A DNA stretch of 64,000 bases from Marinobacterium sp. Its GTDB lineage: Bacteria > Pseudomonadota > Gammaproteobacteria > Pseudomonadales > Balneatricaceae. The stretch spans positions 3,565 through 67,564 of the forward strand of contig JBLXDP010000014.1 in the NCBI GenBank assembly GCA_048264005.1, given 5' to 3'. Both the position numbers and the translations under genes were made by a program. Of this stretch, positions 50,307 through 58,496 are shown piece by piece (the stretch's first letter is position 1; every line of letters begins with the position of its first letter). The notes under the pieces are model-generated. The model searched no databases. It saw only the letters and a program-made list of their open reading frames with translations, and had not been told where the DNA came from.

Positions 50307-50483
50307 TTAACTGTCTCTGTTTTTCATCCAGGGATCTTGCTCATCCTTGCGCCGACCACGGCTCTGTCTCCGATCCGATTTGCCGGGCTCGAAGCGGATA
50401 TCTTCGCGGCGGTCGGGCGTTTTGCGTCTGTCCTGGTTTTTTCGACGTTCGCGCCCTGTCCATTCTTGTTGTTCTTCTGACAT
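50307..50483 (-). CDS. 58-aa Arg-rich microprotein with WxGxERR and repeated DRR motifs (not in the ORF track)
   Basis: Hand translation MSEEQQEWTGRERRKNQDRRKTPDRREDIRFEPGKSDRRQSRGRRKDEQDPWMKNRDS; AGGAG RBS 8 nt upstream; fills the olsF-dinB gap. Confidence 0.8.
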   Translation of the reverse strand: MSEEQQEWTGRERRKNQDRRKTPDRREDIRFEPGKSDRRQSRGRRKDEQDPWMKNRDS

Positions 50484-50544
50484 TGGCTTGCTCCTGCGCG
50501 TGATTCATGCGTGAATAGCGTGCTCTGAAGTACAGTGTAAACCA

Positions 50545-51636
50545 ATGAATTCGAATGACCCTGCTTTGACAGCACCTTCCTTGCGCAAAATCATCCATCT
50601 GGATTGCGATTGTTTCTTTGCCGCCGTCGAGATGCTGGAGCACCCTGAATGGCGTGATATTCCACTGGCAGTCGGCGGTGCAGCCAGTCGCAGGGGCGTA
50701 ATTTCGACCTGCAATTATCCGGCTCGTGAGTTTGGCATTCATTCGGCCATGCCCAGCGCCCGAGCGATACAGCTTTGCCCGCAACTGAAGCTGGTATCCG
50801 GCAATATGGCCCGTTACCGTGAGGTGGCCGATCAGATTTTTGCCATTTACCGCCGCTTCAGCCCATTGATTGAGCCGGTGTCCATCGACGAAGCCTACCT
50901 GGATGTAACCGACAGTTCGGTCAAAGGGGGAAGTGCGACCCGTATTGCCGAGGAAATCCGTGCCCAGGTTAAGGCTGAAACCGGAATTACCGTCTCGGCG
51001 GGCGTGGCGCAGAACAAATTTCTGGCCAAAGTTGCCAGTGACTGGAACAAGCCTGATGGGCTTTGTGTAATAGCACCATCCGAACAAGCCGAGTTTGTCG
51101 CTCAGCTGCCGGTGAAAAAAATACCGGGTGTTGGCCCGCGTACTCAGGAAAAGCTGATGGGGCTCGGTGTCGGGACCTGTTCAGAGCTGCAATCACTGTC
51201 GTTGATCGAACTGAAAAACCACTTCGGCAAGTTCGGTGAACGCCTCTGGCAGTTGGCGCGCGGTGAAGATGAGCGAGAGGTCAGAACCCATCGTGAGCGC
51301 AAATCTGTCAGCGTTGAACACACCTTTAGCCAGGATCTGCCCGATCTTCAGACCTGTCTGGATCAGCTGGATACGTTGATGGAGGATCTGGAGCGCCGTT
51401 ACGAGCGCCATCGAGACTCACGTCAGATTCTGGGTGCCGTCGTGAAATTGAAGTTCAATGATTTTACCCAGACAACGGCAGAGTGCCGTATTGAGGGGCC
51501 TCAGAAAGCGACTTTCGCGTCTTTGTTGGAAGAAGCCTGGATGCGCAAGCGCAGTGCGGTGCGTTTGGTCGGCCTGGGGTATCGCCTGGGAGCTAAAGAG
51601 AATGCAGCGGAAACCGAGCAGCTTCCGCTGTTTTGA
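50545..51636 (+). CDS. dinB: DNA polymerase IV
   Basis: IIHLDCDCFFAAVE, STCNYPAR, SIDEAYLD, KVASDWNKPDG. Confidence 0.96.
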   Translation: MNSNDPALTAPSLRKIIHLDCDCFFAAVEMLEHPEWRDIPLAVGGAASRRGVISTCNYPAREFGIHSAMPSARAIQLCPQLKLVSGNMARYREVADQIFAIYRRFSPLIEPVSIDEAYLDVTDSSVKGGSATRIAEEIRAQVKAETGITVSAGVAQNKFLAKVASDWNKPDGLCVIAPSEQAEFVAQLPVKKIPGVGPRTQEKLMGLGVGTCSELQSLSLIELKNHFGKFGERLWQLARGEDEREVRTHRERKSVSVEHTFSQDLPDLQTCLDQLDTLMEDLERRYERHRDSRQILGAVVKLKFNDFTQTTAECRIEGPQKATFASLLEEAWMRKRSAVRLVGLGYRLGAKENAAETEQLPLF

Positions 51637-51978
51637 TCAGCCTTTACGCTGAAGGGGAGCGCCGTCAAATTTGATGCCGTCCCAGCCGCTGACCATAAAG
51701 TTGCGGATGTTGCCGTGGTCAGTACCTTCCGGTGTATTCAAAACGTCCTGATAGAAGCGGCCAAAGCAGGCTAGAGTCTGAGCCTGGTCAAGCTCAAGTA
51801 GCTGGCCCAGTGCAAAAATCTTGCAGGAGCCTTCGTTCTGCCCGGCGTCATTGGCGACTTCACCGTTACTGAACGCGCAGGGGGTGTAATCGAAATATTC
51901 ACTGATTACGGCCTGGGTATCTTCAAAATCCAGGTTGCTATCCTGGCCGATTTGCTTGGCAAACGCTTCCGGTGTCAT
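51637..51978 (-). CDS. HopJ-family protein
   Basis: FEDTQAVI...AGQNEGSCKIFA...FGRFY..VL..P.G.DH.NIRNF...GW. Confidence 0.85.
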   Translation of the reverse strand: MTPEAFAKQIGQDSNLDFEDTQAVISEYFDYTPCAFSNGEVANDAGQNEGSCKIFALGQLLELDQAQTLACFGRFYQDVLNTPEGTDHGNIRNFMVSGWDGIKFDGAPLQRKG

Positions 51979-52095
51979 TGCTGGGTCCTCTAAAAGTTCT
52001 GATTTCATGGCTCAAGGCGAGGCATTATGCCGCCAGAGGACCCTGATGCCCAGCTTCGATACCGGCTTCTAAACCCGCTTCGCGAGTGGCGGGTC

Positions 52096-52419
52096 TTACT
52101 CGACGATATCCGCGCTGCTGATTTCAATCTCGTGACCGGGGCCAGCGTCAAACATCACGGTGTACGGAGTGCCCGGTTTATCGAATTCGAACTCACTGTC
52201 CTCGTTCATGCTGCCTTCGAGCAGTACATTGCCGCTTTCGTCACGCACTTCAACACTGATCCCCGCGGCAGATGAGCCGTCCGAGAATCCACCTTCGCAC
52301 AATACTGAGCCATCACCGTTGTCATAGCATGCACAGATTGGGGTATGAGCCATTGCCAGGTTACTGGTGAGCAGGGCGGTCAGGGCAGTGGTGGCAATGC
52401 TGAATTTGATGCGCGGCAT
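52096..52419 (-). CDS. Periplasmic NikL/CbiL-like putative metal-binding protein
   Basis: Signal peptide AMA|H leaves an N-terminal His; CAC..C; GFSDGS; C-terminal DAGPGH. Confidence 0.6.
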   Translation of the reverse strand: MPRIKFSIATTALTALLTSNLAMAHTPICACYDNGDGSVLCEGGFSDGSSAAGISVEVRDESGNVLLEGSMNEDSEFEFDKPGTPYTVMFDAGPGHEIEISSADIVE

Positions 52420-52473
52420 GGTGCGAGTCCTTTTTTAAATTTGCTGCAGAGTGAGGGCTGGGAAAAAATCGTT

Positions 52474-52492
52474 GAGAATGAATATCGTTATT
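52474..52492. promoter_or_regulatory. Fur box
   Basis: GAGAATGAATATCGTTATT, 14/19 match to GATAATGATAATCATTATC, upstream of feoA. Confidence 0.75.
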
Positions 52493-52509
52493 TCCTTGAT
52501 TAAGAAATA

Positions 52510-52528
52510 TAGCATCACTATCATTTGC
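52510..52528. promoter_or_regulatory. Second, weaker Fur-like box
   Basis: Reverse complement GCAAATGATAGTGATGCTA, 12/19 match. Confidence 0.4.
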
Positions 52529-52589
52529 TGATCAATCAGGCCCTTAGCCATCCCAGCGCCAGGACCGCCCCCAGCAGGAATGCACGTAC

Positions 52590-52832
52590 ATGGAACACCT
52601 CTTTAAAACCCTTAATGATCTAATGCCGGGCAAGCGTGCCCGTATTCGTCGTCATCGCTCTGAGGGAGGGGTGCGTCAGCGTTTGCTGGACCTGGGTTTG
52701 ATGCCAGGCGTGGAGGTGACGCTGGTGCGCAGTGCTCCGCTGAATGACCCCATCGAACTTAAAGTGGATGCCAGCAGCATCTCATTGCGCCGTAAGGAAG
52801 CCGGGACGATCGAGATACATGATGAGCACTAA
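52590..52832 (+). CDS. feoA: Ferrous iron transport protein A
   Basis: RQRLLDLGLMPG..V...RSAPLNDPIEL....ISLRRKEA. Confidence 0.93.
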   Translation: MEHLFKTLNDLMPGKRARIRRHRSEGGVRQRLLDLGLMPGVEVTLVRSAPLNDPIELKVDASSISLRRKEAGTIEIHDEH

Positions 52833-55341
52833 GCTAAAGGATATTGCCGTTGCCCTGGCAGGGCAGCAGAACGCGGGTAAATCCACCACGTTCAATATGC
52901 TCACTGGCGCACGTCAGCATGTGGCGAATTACCCCGGTGTAACAGTCGACAAGAAGTACGGCTATTACCGTGATAATCAGGGCAGTGTTCAAACCATCGA
53001 CCTGCCTGGAACTTACAGCCTGACCGCGTTTTCCCTCGAGGAGCGTGTCGCGCGCGATTACCTCCTGAATGAAAAACCGGATGTGGTAGTGAATGTGGTG
53101 GACGCGTCCAATCTGCGTCGCTCACTCCACCTCACACTGCAAATCATGGAGATGCAGCTGCCCACGATTCTTGCGGTCAACATGATGGATATCGCCCGTG
53201 GCCGTGGTTTACAGATCGACTGCGAAACGCTGGGCCAGCGTCTTGGGTTTCCCGCTATCGCCACGGTGGGCCGCAAGGGCGAGGGGAAAAAAGAGCTGCA
53301 AAAGGCGATTCGAGGTGCCGTTGGCCAGCCTGTGGCGAAGACCATTCTCGACTATGGCGCGCTTGAGTCAGATCTGATCGCATTGGTATCGGTAATAACG
53401 TCCTGCGAGTCGCTGCAATCCTTCCCTCCGCGCTGGCTGGCACTGAAACTGTTGGAAGGAGACAGTGTTGCCATCGAGCTTGTTCAGACGGCACTGCAAC
53501 CGGAGCAGGCTGATGCACTGGTTTCTCAGGTACAGCAACGGGCTCAAGCCTTTCTGGATAAGTACCAGCTGGATGTAACCGATCATGTGGTTGCTTGCCG
53601 TGAACAGAAGGTGAGAACCCTGCTGGACGGTGTGCTGACTGGTGGTGATCACTCGCGCCCCACATTGACGGATCGCATCGACCGGGTGTTGCTGCATCGT
53701 TGGGGAGCGCCGCTGTTTCTGGTCGCCACCGTGTTCCTTATTTACCAGATTGCCATCGTCTGGGGGTACGAGCTGACCAAATACACTTGGCCATTCCTGG
53801 CCGGTTTCAGGGAGTTGGTAGCCGGTGTCCTGCCTGATGCAGGCTTCCTTGTTGATCCTTACACCCGCGCGTTGGGCTTGTGGCTGGTGGACTCGGCCAA
53901 CACGCTACTTAACTACGTGCCGATCTTCCTGATTCTGTTTGCATTGATCGCCATACTGGAAGACTCCGGTTACATGGCGCGTATCGCATTTATTCTCGAC
54001 AAAATTTTGCACCGCTTCGGCATGCATGGGCAGAGCACTCTGCCGCTGATATTGGGTGGCGTTTTCGCCGGTGGCTGTGCTGTACCCGGTGTAATGGCAA
54101 CCAAGGGTATTCCGGATAACCGGGCGCGCATGGCGACCATCTTGACCGTGCCCTTTATGAACTGCCTTGCGAAAGTGCCTTTGTACACTCTATTGCTGGG
54201 TATTTTCTTTGTAGAACACCGATCTTTGATGATGTTCTACATCGCGACCATGACCATTATCTTTGCCTTGCTGGTGTCCAAACTACTGACCAAAACCGTG
54301 CTGCGGGCGCAGGAGACTGCACCCTTCGTGATGGAGTTGCCGGCTTACCATGTGCCGACAGTCAGGGGCGTGCTGCAGCGATCGTTTGAGCGGACCTGGA
54401 TGTATATCAAAAAGGTGGGCTCTATCGTGGTGGCCGTAGCGGTGGTGGTGTTTACCCTGTTGCAGTTCCCGGGTTTGCCGGATGAACGCAAGGCTCACTT
54501 TGAGGCCAGTGGCCAGCAGGCGGTGCTGAGCTTCCAGCAAGCCATGGATGCTAATCCCTATGCTCAAGTGGCTCAGGGCCAGAATCTTGTGCCTCTGCTG
54601 AACTATTACAACGACTTTAAACGCGCCAAGCTCAATGCCTCGGGGGCTGACGCCTCGCTGGCAGTGAATGACGCATTCGAAGCTCGCAATCCGGAATTCT
54701 TCATTTTTGTGAAGGCACCCAAAGGCGACAAGGCGGCCCGTGAAGCGGGACGCGCGTTGAAGAAGCTGGCGTCCTCCAGCAAGTCGTTGCGCAGGGAAAT
54801 GAAAGAGGAGCGGATCACGTACTCCATTCTGGGCAACATTGGCCGCAGCCTGGAACCGGTAACCCAATATGCCGGTTTCGACTGGAAGATCAATGTGGCG
54901 CTGCTGTCCTCCTTTGCGGCGCGCGAAAGCAGCGTGGCGACGCTTGGCGTGCTGTTCCAGCAGGATGATGATCAGAACGCCACACTGGAAGAGCGCATGG
55001 GTGCTGAAACCATGGCCGGAGGTGCGACCTCCTTGCTGGCCGTTTCCATGATTCTGTTTTTTGCCCTCTATCCGCCTTGTCTGGCGACCACCGTGATGGT
55101 CAAAGTCCAGACCGGTTCATATAAGTGGATGCTGTTTTCCATCGTGTTTCCTACCGTTTTGGGGCTTGGCGTATCCAGTTTGGTCTTCACGCTGGGCACG
55201 CTAACCGGTGCCAGCGGTATTCAGGCGATAAGTCTGGTGTATTTCGGTGCTCTGGCCCTGCTGTTGTTGGTTGGGCTTGGGGGAAGGGAGAAGCGGCCGT
55301 CTTTTGATCCGGCCGATGCAGCCTTGGAGGTGAAGGGATGA
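52819..55341 (+). CDS. feoB: Ferrous iron transport protein B with extended extramembrane loop
   Basis: G1 GQQNAGKST, G2 NYPGVTVD, G3 DLPG, G4 NMMD; gate motifs LEDSGYMAR and LYPPC; 840 aa. Confidence 0.95.
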   Translation: MMSTKLKDIAVALAGQQNAGKSTTFNMLTGARQHVANYPGVTVDKKYGYYRDNQGSVQTIDLPGTYSLTAFSLEERVARDYLLNEKPDVVVNVVDASNLRRSLHLTLQIMEMQLPTILAVNMMDIARGRGLQIDCETLGQRLGFPAIATVGRKGEGKKELQKAIRGAVGQPVAKTILDYGALESDLIALVSVITSCESLQSFPPRWLALKLLEGDSVAIELVQTALQPEQADALVSQVQQRAQAFLDKYQLDVTDHVVACREQKVRTLLDGVLTGGDHSRPTLTDRIDRVLLHRWGAPLFLVATVFLIYQIAIVWGYELTKYTWPFLAGFRELVAGVLPDAGFLVDPYTRALGLWLVDSANTLLNYVPIFLILFALIAILEDSGYMARIAFILDKILHRFGMHGQSTLPLILGGVFAGGCAVPGVMATKGIPDNRARMATILTVPFMNCLAKVPLYTLLLGIFFVEHRSLMMFYIATMTIIFALLVSKLLTKTVLRAQETAPFVMELPAYHVPTVRGVLQRSFERTWMYIKKVGSIVVAVAVVVFTLLQFPGLPDERKAHFEASGQQAVLSFQQAMDANPYAQVAQGQNLVPLLNYYNDFKRAKLNASGADASLAVNDAFEARNPEFFIFVKAPKGDKAAREAGRALKKLASSSKSLRREMKEERITYSILGNIGRSLEPVTQYAGFDWKINVALLSSFAARESSVATLGVLFQQDDDQNATLEERMGAETMAGGATSLLAVSMILFFALYPPCLATTVMVKVQTGSYKWMLFSIVFPTVLGLGVSSLVFTLGTLTGASGIQAISLVYFGALALLLLVGLGGREKRPSFDPADAALEVKG

Positions 55342-55634
55342 ATGAATCAACTCACGCGCAAACGTTGGTGCAATCCGGGATTCAGGTCAGTGCCGAGCAG
55401 CCATTTTCACTGACGGATGTCGGCTTGGTCGCGGCGGTTGTGGTGGCTGCGTTCATCTATTTGTACTTCAAGCTTTGGCGCAATCGTGGTGCCTGCTCAT
55501 CCTGCAGCAGCAAGAAGGGCAGCTGTCAGAGCCAGCAGGCCTCTGCAAGCACGGGTTGTACGCAGCAGATCGAAATTGTCGAACTCAAATCAGAATCTAA
55601 CCCAGAGCCAAGCCGTCAGAATATTGCCCAATGA
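55338..55634 (+). CDS. FeoB-associated Cys-rich membrane protein
   Basis: Single TM then CSSCSSKKGSC...C; ATGA overlap with feoB. Confidence 0.8.
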   Translation: MNESTHAQTLVQSGIQVSAEQPFSLTDVGLVAAVVVAAFIYLYFKLWRNRGACSSCSSKKGSCQSQQASASTGCTQQIEIVELKSESNPEPSRQNIAQ

Positions 55635-56518
55635 GCTTAGCGATCGAAGTCAGTAATCTCACCCACCGCTACGGTGAGCGGTCGATATACGAGGGCTTGA
55701 GCTTCTCGGTACCGCAAAACCGAGTGGTGGCCTTATTGGGCAAGAATGGCGTTGGTAAAACGACGCTGATTAAAATCCTGATGGGCTTTTTGCGCCCAAG
55801 GGGCGGTAGCTGCAAGGTGCTGGGCGAAGACTCGCATCGTCTCTCACCTGGCACCCGCTCCCGTATCGGACTGCTGTTCGAAGGTCATTTGGCCTATGAG
55901 CTGATGAGCATTGCGGAAATAGAAGCCTTCTATTCTTCGTTCTATCCCGGCTGGCGCAGAGAGCTTTATTTCGACCTGGTTGATCGGTTGGGACTCCCTT
56001 ACAGCCACAAGATCGGCAATATGTCTTGCGGTCAGCGTTCACAGGTTGTGTTGGGGCTGATTTTTGCGCAAAGCCCGGAATTGATGATTCTCGATGATTA
56101 CTCTATGGGGCTTGATGCCGGGTATCGGCGTCTGTTTCTGGACTATCTACAGAACTTCATTGATGAGGGCGATAAAACCGTCTTTGTGACCTCGCATGTG
56201 GTGCAGGACATGGAGCAGCTGGTGGACGATGTGATTTTTCTGCAGCGCGGCGGCAAGGTCACGCAGATGCCTCTGGAGCGCTTTCGTTCCGATTTTCGCT
56301 GCTATCGCTTCGAGCTGGGCAGAAGTTCCCAAGCGCCGCGCCAGGACGAGGTGATCGCCAATGTCGATCTGGTTGGACGTCATCCGACTCTGTTTTCCTT
56401 TGCCCCTGTAGAACAGCTGGAGCAACACCTGAGGCTTAACTATCCCGGCGTTCGGTTGGTGTCTGAGGTCAGCCAGTCCCTGGAAGACGCCTTTATCGGA
56501 CTGACAGGGAAATATTGA
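55631..56518 (+). CDS. ABC transporter ATP-binding protein (exporter-like, non-canonical Walker B)
   Basis: GKNGVGKT, MSCGQ signature, ILDDYSMGLD, TSH switch. Confidence 0.9.
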   Translation: MSLAIEVSNLTHRYGERSIYEGLSFSVPQNRVVALLGKNGVGKTTLIKILMGFLRPRGGSCKVLGEDSHRLSPGTRSRIGLLFEGHLAYELMSIAEIEAFYSSFYPGWRRELYFDLVDRLGLPYSHKIGNMSCGQRSQVVLGLIFAQSPELMILDDYSMGLDAGYRRLFLDYLQNFIDEGDKTVFVTSHVVQDMEQLVDDVIFLQRGGKVTQMPLERFRSDFRCYRFELGRSSQAPRQDEVIANVDLVGRHPTLFSFAPVEQLEQHLRLNYPGVRLVSEVSQSLEDAFIGLTGKY

Positions 56519-57189
56519 CGATGATGTTAAGGTCCATCTTTCTCAAGGAGTGGCTCAAAGTCCGCTGGTTCTGGGTGTTGGCACTGGTGGTGAATCTTGG
56601 CACCCTGGTGTACCTCTATCTGGATTTGCGCCATCAGTTTCAGGTCGAGCACTCGGAAATGATCTGGTACTGGGCGTTCGAATTACGCCGTCTACTCTAT
56701 ACCCCGATTCAGTATATTCCAGTGTTGACCGGTGCTCTATTGGCGCTGGCCCAGTTTGCGCCCGAGATGATCAATGGCCGTTTCAGGCTCTCTTTGCATC
56801 TGCCTGTGCGTGAGGATCTGCTGGTGTGGAGCTGGGTGCTGTTTGGCGCTTTGATGGGGGGCGCCTTGATCCTGCTGGATCTGTTCGGGCTCTATCTGGT
56901 GGTTGCCGCCTGGTTCCCACATGAAGCGGCCCTGAGTGCGGTCTTGACTGTATTACCCTGGTGTTTGGGCGGCTGGGTGGCCTACTTTGGGATCACGCTG
57001 GCATTGCTTGAGCCTCAACCCATCCGGCGCCTGAGCTACCTGCTGATCGGCTTGGCCTTTATGGCGCTGCTGTATCAGGAAAAGGGCTATCAGGAATATG
57101 ACCAGATCCTGATCTGGCTCGGACTGATGGGGCTTCTCTTTGTTCCGGCAGTGATTCTGCCGGCCCACCGTTACCGTCACAGGAATTGA
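56515..57189 (+). CDS. ABC-2-type membrane protein
   Basis: IFLKEWLK start, about 6 TM, RFRLSLHLP loop; coupled to the ATPase stop. Confidence 0.75.
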   Translation: MTMMLRSIFLKEWLKVRWFWVLALVVNLGTLVYLYLDLRHQFQVEHSEMIWYWAFELRRLLYTPIQYIPVLTGALLALAQFAPEMINGRFRLSLHLPVREDLLVWSWVLFGALMGGALILLDLFGLYLVVAAWFPHEAALSAVLTVLPWCLGGWVAYFGITLALLEPQPIRRLSYLLIGLAFMALLYQEKGYQEYDQILIWLGLMGLLFVPAVILPAHRYRHRN

Positions 57190-58491
57190 GTGATGATTCC
57201 GGCTCGTATTGCACGTGGCAGTTTGTTGTTGCTCACCGTCCTGTTGTTGGCGATCTGGCTGCCTAAGGCCAAGGATGTGCTGTTTGAGTATCGTTTTGGC
57301 AAAACACATCTGTTCTACAGCCCGGTCGCGGAAACTTTTATCTATAAGGAACTGCTGGGTGAAGGGCATGACTTTATCTATCGTGACAGGGAAGGGCAGG
57401 ACTACACCCGCGAAGAGTTTGAAAGCCTGATCCCCTTTATTTATTACAAGAATATGGAAATCTGGGGCAAGTTACCGCTGACCATTGGTGATCGTACCTT
57501 TGACAAGGCGGCGATACGTGAAGCGCGTCAGGTGATGGAGCTAAAGCCTGACGAGTTGCCGGAGCATAACCCTCGCATTCAGCTATTCCCGTTGCTTGAA
57601 TCCAACCCTGGTCAGGCGCGGTTGAGCTTTCCGGAAAATGTGTTTCGTCCAGCCGAGCGACTGGAATTCATCGATTCGGATCACAACCACGCCACACCCA
57701 GGCATGGTAAGCCTGCTGATCACGATCACCCTGCGGAGCGCTTCAGTCAAACCTACACCGCTGCACTAACGGCGGCCGGTTTCAACTTTCCGGTGCAGGC
57801 AACCTTTGGCCGTGTATCCATTCTCAAGACCTTTGATGCCGGTTATTTCCTGCTGGATAACGCGGGCGAGCTGTTTCATCTCATGCGAGTGGATGGGGAG
57901 CCTGTGGTGAACGCGGTTGCGCTGCCTGAAGGTGTGGATGTGCGTTTTGTTAAAGTCACTGAAAACAAACGCAAGGAGCTGCTGGGCTTTCTGCTGGATC
58001 AGAACGGCAGGCTCTATCTGATGGAGTATGGCAGCTACCGTTTGATTCCATTGGCGCTGCCGGGTTACCGACCGGATCTGATGGAACTCAAGGTGATCTT
58101 CAATCCGCTTTACCGCACGGCGATCTATTCGGACAGTGAAACCATTACAGCCGTTGCGATGGACACTGAATACGAGGTCGTGGACCAGTACAGCCGAACC
58201 ATGGCAATGGCTGCGGAACGGACGTCTGACAGTGTCTGGGGCCTGCTGTCACCGTTCAGCCTGCGGTTACATGATCCGAATAGCCGTTATCTGTCGCTGC
58301 ACCCGGTTTGGCATGGCTGGGCCGCTATCGCAGGCAGCATCGGGGCGTTTGTGTTGGCTGTAGTCTGGATGCGATTGAAGGGATTTAAGCCCAGTGCTCA
58401 TCCGGCAGACTTGCTGCTGGTGTTGTGTACCGGGCTGTATGGCTTGCTGGCACTTCTATTGTTGCCGCCGGACAGGCCAAGGTATCGCTGA
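57190..58491 (+). CDS. DUF4857-like membrane-anchored periplasmic protein
   Basis: N-terminal TM, YSPV...G..YTREEFESLIPF.YY, FPLLES, two C-terminal TM; family recognised from memory. Confidence 0.65.
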   Translation: MMIPARIARGSLLLLTVLLLAIWLPKAKDVLFEYRFGKTHLFYSPVAETFIYKELLGEGHDFIYRDREGQDYTREEFESLIPFIYYKNMEIWGKLPLTIGDRTFDKAAIREARQVMELKPDELPEHNPRIQLFPLLESNPGQARLSFPENVFRPAERLEFIDSDHNHATPRHGKPADHDHPAERFSQTYTAALTAAGFNFPVQATFGRVSILKTFDAGYFLLDNAGELFHLMRVDGEPVVNAVALPEGVDVRFVKVTENKRKELLGFLLDQNGRLYLMEYGSYRLIPLALPGYRPDLMELKVIFNPLYRTAIYSDSETITAVAMDTEYEVVDQYSRTMAMAAERTSDSVWGLLSPFSLRLHDPNSRYLSLHPVWHGWAAIAGSIGAFVLAVVWMRLKGFKPSAHPADLLLVLCTGLYGLLALLLLPPDRPRYR

Positions 58492-58496
58492 AGCTG

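Noticed and set aside
50317-50331. LexA/SOS box for dinB (CTGTTTTTCATCCAG)
   Set aside because: Spacing is CTG-N9-CAG (one short), it is more than 200 bp from dinB, and it lies inside the 58-aa ORF; the site nearer dinB ends CAC, not CAG
51637-51978. HopJ as evidence of a type III secretion effector
   Set aside because: The family is widespread in bacteria without a T3SS, and no secretion genes are nearby
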